From assembly GCA_964484305.1 (NCBI GenBank), contig CAZAEI010000001.1, positions 26,936 through 90,935 on the forward strand: a stretch of 64,000 nucleotides of DNA. The letters are read 5' to 3'. This DNA is from an uncultured archaeon (GTDB taxonomy: Archaea > Aenigmatarchaeota > Aenigmatarchaeia > QMZP01). Position 1 is the stretch's first letter; each line of letters starts with the position of its first letter. Both the position numbers and the translations under genes were made by a program. Under the pieces are notes generated by a model. The model was not told where the DNA came from. It was given only the letters and a program-made list of their open reading frames with translations, and did not search any database. Positions 63,801 to 64,000 of the stretch are shown here, piece by piece.

Positions 63801-64000
63801 TACTCTGTTAATCCCGGCGTTAGCATGGCCTGGAGGATATATGCGAACGACACGTCAGGCAACCTCAACGCCACGGATATCATGAGCCTCGATGTGTGGG
63901 GATATGCCAATGTAAGCATAGGTTTGGATGCGGGGAGCGTCCTGAAGAACGACCCTCTTGCTGTCTCTTGCCTTGTCAGGGATTCGAACACAAGCCAGGA
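36885..64000 (+). CDS. Giant secreted surface glycoprotein (>9,000 aa, 3'-partial): Ig-like repeats, DUF2341-like and lectin-like modules
   Basis: ATG 36885 (alternative 36933); N-terminal hydrophobic segment GIIGLLSLILAVGCVWLLVV. Frame open at all spot checks through ...VSCLVRDSNTSQ at the window end. No + ORF of the supplied track lies in this frame, as expected if it has no stop. Confidence 0.92.
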   Translation, partial: MAALELSPGTATPGRRMKSSLKSSAGIIGLLSLILAVGCVWLLVVNTAVSQKGVEIVTDKEAYKQGEVVSAFISGPANISFSLDIFEPDNQSIFQLRNESLNEEGEFNLYIMAYEKPGMYEIIVWNENLALSCTFDVLRPEGMWGVNGSGNQTPENKTSGEINITLDMGNQTDNETGQENQGVVDIIKQVLEIPENRSLTAGIQETVNLSETDSNESLSECFRENVTGPVDNASLEVNLTLDESVVLRSESLEELVQGEAFVGRPVRWVKKIMMPVPSNIKVEIPEHAFNVSVSRVAGGMRQRIEEQGLKRVHDTLELDNATEVEVEYFTEPPQVMEDVISQYRKRITVYSDMHYENVLAWTEIEEFPEDSISLYWFRDGERELVGSVDYIDSNGNGMIDRLEWVVPHLSNQTYEVDIAILNVQSYPSLYGNWTVMFSTTGQANLTITAVNGTSWSDSVGDNEMMFLEIRCGDEVLEYEWIDNGPYNSSVFIEDYSCNETGHETSMVLDAGKHMLEFRFGNLVGYAYNSLGSPVFETYSEAGSPGNVYSVDVDPPSGTEGGDLLLAVFTHDSTSGTLSSPGDWTDLMSSTSTDGSTFLISYKVAGSDETGPYTFSSTDTDQLAVGVARFSNVDPSNPINCQSSVSIGNSNAPQALACTTNMDETLVVRMMAADDDDYGTPGNYPGGHTGAFTVQSTGSSGETHCAMAYTDQALAGSTGTASFSMSAREQWGTLTVALTPIDVTPPNITDARFEQTLVIMNDAILFNVSVDDNKSSVDKVIATFRYPNDTRVNVTMNHDSGPQPPWDSTDMESKERQAKAMDSTMAEANYDFSTGGGTDKFGWSHNNVDAGESVPPFQSISPWNYVYTQMYSEAGYAALGSMDQSFYACIDPGFGDYSVLALDFIGIAEDPSDINEINISWIGYRQTSNYMKVMLRNQTEGSWDYTEWDITSTSSPGEYHEWVLSGEDFEKYVVDGRLLMMLTVDDETNQQFWTDFVNLNVSYGKPGVDDDGNSSWREYSFTSADDFDKITAIEIQTEVSYYDPRGSYTGGSSLPDLEVQAWDGDSYEPVFLYDISSLMGDETYNTTDTNFTENITDSAIMDAWETADNRRIRIRGVYMDMNGGYNDTMNWTGVWATIHYENTSGYFLYNWADTASLGIYNVTDIYANDTYNNVNHTTYTDLYFEVVTAPPIWRNQGTSEIEDTIELGDSMTLYAQGSDDFGLWEAILATDESGEWVNHSGVYGSPMNLGNVTDWVWSNFTWNNASFPTGATISWRIWYKDNTSNWNATNILTFDIVDTTPPGYQYDSDNSSGAASEKDTVSASAYWSDVGDLDYAILRSNESGGWVNTSYYGFGENPEYSNFSIDTTGHPDETICWVIWANDTSGNLNDSMSQHCFDVRDTAPPEYECDSDDSGGSVDEEVNVKASAYWDDSLDLDYAILRSNETSSWLNTSEYDFFLTPDYSNFTIGTSGHPGETICWVIWANDTSGNLNDSMSQHCFDVNDVSPPTYMYDQDDSGGAVDDGETVGVSAYWDDNLELETAMLRSNETGGWVNTSGYEFTGTPQYSNFSIDSSDHPGETICWVIWANDTSGNLNESMEQHCFFVNDITPPSYLYDLDNSSGSVDDGETVQASAYWDDDVELDSAVLRSNETGSWVNTSYYGFGSTPGYSNFSIDNSGHPGETICWVIWANDTSSNLNVSMGQHCFDVRDVTPPTYLYDQDDSGGLATEGQVVQVSAYWDDDLELESAVLRSNETGGWLNTSYYGFTGKPQYSNFSIDSSGHPGETICWIIWANDTSGNLNGSMGQHCFYVNKPPQINSAEFNQTTINQYESVLLTVNVTDPDGVSMVIATFQYPDLSTVNTTLSQDAGDNYTYEWIDTSLAGNYNVTIVYANDGFDSWNSTIYTTLGFDVVGDAPPTSTLNVPDNGNITRTTTTVVFNCSGYDEVNLINVTLWGDWLGWHANETNTSGYDDADYMFTKTIPDGDYVWNCYVCDSLDQCSFAPENYTFSVNRYPYYENDVDNSSGAVDDGEAVGASAYWYDPYGDLDTAILRSNETGSWVNSSYYGFSSTPEYSNFTIDTTGNPNETICWVIWVNDTVGNLNSSMGQHCFFVNDVNSPQFSSAQTNHTSVTKGAVLLEMTVNDDVSVNSVLFDINSTNYSYSGVSGDVYEYYFDCQVFGSGTWHWNATWAIDGSGNQNYTMGEGLPQWFECDADAPSVGGEQVDVGASNSVVRLNLTVTDNFGVDTVVFELDETGAGLGVNNYTQTGSSGDEWYLVYDCTSTGTVYWNGVYANDTAGNYDSNLSVGLSFYCDLDEPGWSGQGQNSSNPVAGEDVSVHAYWTDNYLLGSALLETNRSGSRVNESYLSLSGAGDWSNFTVDTTGHDGKTVAWRIYANDTFGNLNATDDMSFDVRHASTSGILYQNESADVTGITQTDYKHYNITLEFNNTGNEFAYSASLSLSLPGGWSAYPAVHECSDVGSGQACGQDFNVTVPAGTGPGDYYVYGYANWSNPDSSKGSAENDTVFSVESNPVLEVPETGLSDTVSHNNEEVVGSFTANSTGNDNVVGIEFNCTGGNLSYDWVEYDPVNITNLAAGYEQSVEVSVTVPAGQAPGEYGCVINVSSANGGQDSLNLNTTVPVDDSWTRSPATCSKSAAVNSTGTVCQVVIQNTGNVLLNVTIEPVGMTNYTNASKSMFLVDAQGSDSFNINYNTTGGVVGYENVTTYNISVNGTPYYQLTEVTLIITQVPWWNSEWTHRKQILISESMNVERVNDVIMVNVTDLDGKISSCENEIRVISIETGENVEVTRQILDGDDSSWCYVVFLGNVSASASDEKQYYVYYNNSQASAPSYADPMDSYTDSGGWYMFSGLIEWNYSWSGGRGGGPMRSRITTPEGQEVLSSTTYDDDSFQNTDTFISFTTDVDGPVFKQFTLTSSLRGTQVMKVYAYQNWYEINNTYTCASGCGDYHIVGIGGTDTTGRGWYDFSSTTGTGEQTATNFFFVDDGANNWGVGVAVSGVPDQPFDSGTASDLDFHTSVDGWYINNDPYTGGYPFWIFTTDYGTTGSNTTATKVKNPPSASEGGEERLIIPEIESIRVYNVTGLGDTHSGGSLVVSGLNESYNVTLNETGHGYYRVEINVSVSADWNISVLTRAYHEGLDSGWQVASNDIWYSMGAGDYTGGTLSAGKVTWDTVQDGSVEAGGHVTFYYVLNASGVPGQAGVHFVINETNYERANGLSVDGDCSTFMVEDVNSPLWRYQGSNATVLEAGSSILLYAQARDYVGLDYAVLVTNESGSWVNQSGVYDSPMDMQDAVAWVWSNFTWQNSSVADGTVVGWKVWYNDTSGNLNSTDESTFLVISPPKWSDNRTYPLSPATYAPGQAYMFNITWTGYGIDDVTFEFDGVNYTYKSGQVSKDGDEYYITLTDLSVGSYSYRWYANNTAAQWNSTDQSTYYVEKSSTSIGLLLNGSSDRTYHYGETANLTADLDVSGKDIDIWTNLSGSYELWDSGPGPLENITVLGYGLGYYNVTANFSGDDNYTASYDSHTLTLIGWSSISWDSPDGGTGTPGDVIELGCLVSDANTSSLIGNYPVTFYNVTGSGESEIGVNYTNSSGQAVWYWDTSGLPAGAYYPKCNITDNETLLYNETDENEGNTTYYLVTLGTPVLTVETPDLLIGKGNPGDNATVSCSIDCSGGSCLGLQLGLQYENASGWHWIGNDGNLEINHTNPKDCGDAPSCSDTWDIFGKVNGSFNLRCNATASTPLESNINSGSNVLEIYTGSLSIESWTPASSPYDLSIYDAFDIDPVIRCTAPEGTRAGCGDVLMYARTNQTGSPATDPISGSTDIRLESGSVEQYYGSQYPGSDGGYYEIPFSAITVNMTVGGDAGGTARLYDVKVNSSDADVDEVDPSDRVAVGHTGQITIEMYDVSSTIDEGFDIIYNISCSGYRCLDVELWARYNATGSDADTLAPVSPSPAVFNVSQQPVRTLSMSAGESQIAMTISAGAGSSPGEWKIDLFGNSSYAETADEDPTDGVLKLTSVSITADLASLSPSNIMEGGNSAASGYCECAGACTNTVIYVQFSDGDWKNIPTDISEELSSNVTSYFIGSLSGTSGTYEFNLTGLVGGNYSVRVRCDSTDDADNSYNITLELDDYPDFSGFAVNSSLLYSGQAARFNVSIQDEAGVTYANFTINGVTYDAVQGSGNEWYYDWVCSASDADVDWTYAGANDTEGYWNDTSVISVSTECDAQAPTITGPVINDSSTVNLGTWVRVNASISDPEGHLNTVLLMVDRPTSSDYNITPNVNGDEYYYEFELDETGQWRFEFFANDTGNQVSTDYAEDGLSNEYIDVQDIESPVISGEQVNTSVSNGWVRLNVTATDNVGVDTVVFELDETGVGLGVNNYTQTGSSGDEWYYEYQCTASGTAYWNEVYANDSAGNYDSNMSVGLSFYCDMDEPEWSGQGQNESNPVSGDAVSVYSYWTDNNELESAVLKTNSSGSWVNESYLGLSGASGWSNFTVDATGHDSETIAWRIYVNDTAGNLNVTADMSFNVRYASTSGILYQNESVDVSGITQSASMDYNITLEFNNTGNEVAYSTELSLSLPSGWSAYPSLYACGDVESGQSCKQDFNVTVPAGTSPGDYYVYGYANWTNPDSSLGSAENQTTFSVESSPILDVPETGLADTVSHGTEETVGTFTANSTGNDDVTGIEFNCTDGNLSYEWVEYEPVNITTLGAGSEQAVQVNVTVPAGQVPGEYSCVINVSSANGGQDGLNLNVTVPVDDSWTRSPATCSKSVTVNETGLVCQVVTENTGNVLLNATIEPVGMTNYTNASETMLLIGAQGSDSFNINYNTTGGFVGYENVTTYNISVNGTPYYQTVEVTLRIVKPIWWNSYWNYKQRLNITNSNDTDTLIENYTINLALDTASLVSLGKLMVNGSDLRIVYYNGSEYTELDRINTTPFNTASTTILFRLQKNVSAGDSDTSYYVYYGNPAASDPPTEESNIYALWRDFDSDTVDQQPPGWSLAEDVTALNVRDEGCYSPSQSLDIDASANTYAWITSPGLYGNDYIMEARVNYTASNTRHGIAGRASSSGTYALILYTGGVPAPGLRLSRISYTGGENVIVTDTTTSPYDNIWYNVKLLMYGTSIKGKFWNVTESEPSGWQVDETDSNIASGSVGVYSYSNDDGYIDDLSVRYYLEPEPTASFLGEERLIIPEIESIRVYNVTGLGDTHSGGSLVVSGLNESYNVTLNETGHGYYRIEINISVSADWNLSVLTKAYHEGLDSGWEVDTTNDVWYSMGAGDYTGGTLSAGKVTWDTVQDGSVDAGGHVTFYYVLNATGVPGEEGVHFVINEANYERANGLSVDDDYSTIRVDDVTPPTYLYDGDNSSGSVNDGETVEASAYWDDGVGLDYATLSSNETGSWVNSSYYDFVGTPGYSNFSIDSSGHPGETICWVIWANDTSGNLNGSMGQHCFDVNDVTPPYYQYDQDDLSGAVDDGETVDVSAYWDDATSSLSTAVMRSNETGSWVNTSYFQFTGKPQYSNFSVDSSGHPGETICWVIWANDTSGNLNGCMGQHCFDVSDVTPPYYIYDQDDSSGVVDDGDTVQVSAYWDDAISSLDSAVLRSNETGSWVNSSYYDFVGTPGYSNFSIDSSGHPGETICWVIWANDTSGNLNGSMGQHCFDVNDVTPPSYLYDQDNSSGAVDDGGTVEVSAYWNDDVELESAVLRSNETGSWVNTSYYDFVGTPEYSNFSIDTTGHPNETICWVIWANDTSGNLNSSMGQHCFDVRDDTPPQFMDAQTNYTSITNQALELNITVTDDIGVSGVWFDINGTNYSYDSSSGDYYYYYFDCQVFGSGMWHWNATWTDDVSGNLNYTMGEGLPQWFECDVDYPYYSQDVDNSSGSVQIGEIVNMSAYWQDGYGSLDTALLRTNQTGSWTDEQDYSFASTPEQVMFMFDTTGHLDETICWVIWSNDTVGNLNNSMGQHCFDVGDSIPPTYMYDQDNSSGLLTEGYSVEASAYWNDNLELETAVLRSNETGSWVNSSYYDFVGTPGYSNFSVDSTEHAGQTVCWVIWANDTSGNLNSSMGQHCFDVNKPPQINSAEFNQTTINQYESVLLTVNVTDSDGVSMVIATFQYPDLGTLNVTLSHDVGDNYTYEWTDTSVAGTYNVTVVYANDTFDRWNSSIYTSLSFEVVGDAPPTSTLNAPANGNITRTTTTVVFNCSGYDEVDLVNVSLYGNWSGGWHENETNTSGYDASDYMFTKTIPDGDYVWNCYVCDSIGQCSFAPENYTFSVNRYPYYENDADNSSGAVNDGETVEASAYWDDPHGDLDTAILRSNETGSWVNTSYYGFGSTPEYSNFTIDTTGHPNETICWVIWVNDTIGNFNSSMGQHCFDVSDVSPPYYVYDEDNSSGAVDDGETVEASAYWDDDVELESAVLRSNETGSWVNSSYFDFTGKPQYSNFSVDSSGHPGETICWVIWANDTSGNLNGSMEQHCFDVGDVSPPSYLYDQDNSSGAVDDGETVEASAYWDDDVELESAVLRSNETGSWVNTSYYGFGSTPDYSNFSIDSTDHPGETICWVIWANDTSGNLNSSIGQHCFDVSDVTPPAYLYDQDDSGGAVDDGDTMQVSAYWNDDLELDSAVLRSNETGSWVNSSYFQFAGAPQYSNFSVDSTGHFGETVCWVIWANDTSGNLNSSMGQHCFDVVDNTPPVYQYDGDDSSGEIESGDAVEVSAYWNDTASGLGTAALRTNESGSWAARDYHPFSAAPEYSNFTMQITDHVDETICWVIWANDTVGNLNDSMGQHCFDVADTTPPVWSQNSTDSTVADSLVEHRLYWEDAGGLAGYIFSFDNCIGSFVNDSWIPMTGPANWSNVTKYISDTVGCTVRWRVYANDTKGQWNDTGIISYQTTEDNPPYWYDNSTNSSLAGRAIQHSVKWTEDSELSGYIFSWHNGANWTLESDKEVGTGTIQIRLNVTENVDVPTSCRDGSYGSGQNYELYSRWTTPDSGEVTVSGLRFYDSEASLSSSESIEVALYNESGDRITEIVIITGTGSQEWLTGKLSTTVNITLGENYTIGVGPSGGSSYAIGRDTSADCSNYPPTGAGSLYESASGGLNDQVPGSQHSDKFSFWGIEYEVPEKDGNTTYSTYQDVDSDHERVLNITVKIEIDSYNPEASVNQSTGDPDLEVEFYDGTGFVSIGVLNLNESYTGDTLNTTNANFTLTTTDSSIMEAWETADNQDLRIRGIYMDSVNSTLYDEINYTNVWVTIYHEQEFLNDSWMEMTGQVNWSNVTKVVNSTVGATIKWIVYANDTTDNWNATDVFVYITIEDTEPPYYLYDQDNSSGSVVVGDTVLASTLWNDSINENSLSTAILRTNKTGSFVNESYYSFSTKPEYSNFSINSTGHFGETICWVIWANDTSGNLNSSMVERCFNVVDIEAPAWYQNQTSIVSVYSPSQLSLFNITWVDEATSVHTVYIEGNWSGSPGNYTMYMEGDGVYQHNLTLHAGSFYWRSWANDSAGNLNVSDTWEFTVSKADILVWLFLNGTEGDFGMTYGETSNASTYSSAGTVQLWRNGSQVGNPEVEVLGAGYWEYHANATGDQNYTDNSSGVTYYLTVDQAASSAELYVNGSRDNMAQGYGDSVNVSGYCDYGSVSLWRNESSVANPYRDVLGAGYWNFTAYCSGDGNHTGSTEQWFVTVNRASMPLYLYINDSADNVTLTYGNTTNVSGYKEYVEGSLELLLNGSAGSNPDIDNLGTGYWNYTLVFDKTQNYTANSTSLFITMKKRASQATLTLLPESPVAYDTSTTATCEVTNPEAAGILWRNGTDVSGENGTAVTLGAGYWEYVCNVSETGNYTSAEDSSGYTVNTASCGIELYLNSGAVNQDNTIIYGTDANATAYINFTQSVWHLERNGSVVDSGTGSMLQEIEGLGTGYWNYTAFWDGNENCTSCLEMSFLTVQKAVSGTEVYINGSRDNLTQTYGESVNVTAYCDYGSISLWRNDTEIGSPYGDVLGAGYWNFTAYCSGDGNHTGSTEQWFVTVEKGTTWIGLEVSPEGPVTYETQSTATCQVNNTEVSAVLWRNGTDVSGENGSAVTLGAGGWEYVCNCSETQNYTAASNTSYYVVDKYQKAVGFYLNGSQDNLSIDYPDSVNASAYTDRGSVTLLMNGSSVGNPYEEVMTAGYTYNFTAVSDGDDNYTVDTETFFLDVNQASSEIVLMLNGSSDDIYIIGDETVNHTAYLNASGTIYMYMNDSLMQSGSSPLVNISDYPDVGTFNISVNYSGDVNHTGAFDFHLVNVVSGDVKPPEIEIESPLNGSYHNITSVYANVTTDETVDWCGYSLDGQDDVSMNNDYGDHWTDLLTSLSDGEHNLTFWCNDTVGNMNWTESIFFVDLTEPFVEVLYPENVSYPEDMGVINYSFSDSLGGCGWSAYSLNSGSNVSLGCGNYSGSALGSQQGLNNLTVWARDEAWNLNHSLVFYTYDSVPPQYSGLKENVSNQSKYAPVRTYQFNVTWSDAVSWVDTVLINWDGVNYTSSYNTSTKWVFEIDSLAAGEHSYYWFANDSLGNANQTGTFTYDVVKADNAIWLYLNGSGQNITAVYGESVNASAYAEQGLVELYRNDTPVSNPEEEVLHVGVHIYRAYAPGNQNYSSNETVLNVTVEKATTEIDLVLSPGSPVTYGVQSTATCQVNNTEVSAVLWRNGTDVSGENGTGVTLGAGGWEYVCNCSETQNYTAASNTSYYAVSQADILVWLFLNGSEGNFGIGYGETSNASAYTDFGTVELWRNGTQVGNPEVETLGAGLWVYIANTTGDDNHTANESVWNLTVSKIASAMTLLLNGTDGDFNAYTYDFINITVYMNHDGSISLYSNRSLADSGQSPLVNISRYTDAGKLNITANYSGDGNHTPAEAWHILNISSETVAPLWYDQNQTSGGVYVSVLFRGESANLSASWSNAALDTAWLETNETGTWENKSAYGSPKEITGEVNESVFQWSNYSVNPGVSMAWRIYANDTSGNLNATDIMSLDVWGYANVSIGLDAGSVLKNDPLAVSCLVRDSNTSQ
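40780..43220 (+). repeat. 309-bp Cys-pair Ig-like repeats, block A (5 tandem + 1)
   Basis: ICW[V/I]IW[A/V]NDT...QHCF at about 41007, 41316, 41625, 41934, 42243 and 43146. Confidence 0.92.
43530..46620 (+). repeat. Higher-order duplicated block, copy 1 (copy 2 about 49925-52975)
   Basis: 43530-45110 resembles 49925-51505; 46119-46270 is identical to 52473-52624. Confidence 0.9.
52978..59150 (+). repeat. 309-312-bp Cys-pair Ig-like repeats, block B (12 copies, interrupted)
   Basis: Motif at about 53208, 53520, 53832, 54141, 54748, 55055, 55962, 56271, 56580, 56889, 57201 and 59070. Confidence 0.9.
59430..63570 (+). repeat. Second family of roughly 85-100-aa Ig-like repeats (LNGS/T...LWRNGT...LGAGYW)
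   Basis: Exact tracts 59839-59933 = 60862-60956 and 61113-61192 = 62958-63037. Confidence 0.85.

Noticed and set aside
36900..64000. Dozens of short ORFs on both strands in the track, suggesting a gene-poor region, pseudogene field or alternative genetic code
   Set aside because: They are off-frame or antisense shadows of the single open + frame starting at 36885; no recoding is needed

Overview
Archaeal genomic window (RNA polymerase subunit L, Dph2, AglB, archaeal-type TPI, FBP aldolase/phosphatase). Gene style suggests a DPANN lineage, possibly Aenigmarchaeota (inference). The first 36.5 kb hold housekeeping genes (class II HMG-CoA reductase, PMM/PGM, aglB, secDF, geranylgeranyl reductase) and a gluconeogenesis/glycogen cluster (GAPN, FBPA/ase, PEP synthase, TPI, GT4, GH57, GT3 glycogen synthase, debranching enzyme, PfkB, ATP-grasp) that contains a ParA plus winged-helix operon. 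The last 27 kb appear to be one open reading frame that the ORF track omits because it has no stop in the window. It encodes a secreted, N-glycosylation-sequon-rich surface protein of >9,000 aa, built from mosaic Ig-like repeats, duplicated blocks with swapped payload domains and nested domain insertions, and it overlaps a small HTH gene. Two intergenic loci (about 3.24-3.46 kb and 30.1-30.3 kb) are runs of unrelated hairpins punctuated by A[C/G]TA[C/G/T]; the same motif bounds an AT-rich two-gene insert. No rRNA, tRNA, CRISPR array, transposase or reverse transcriptase was recognised.
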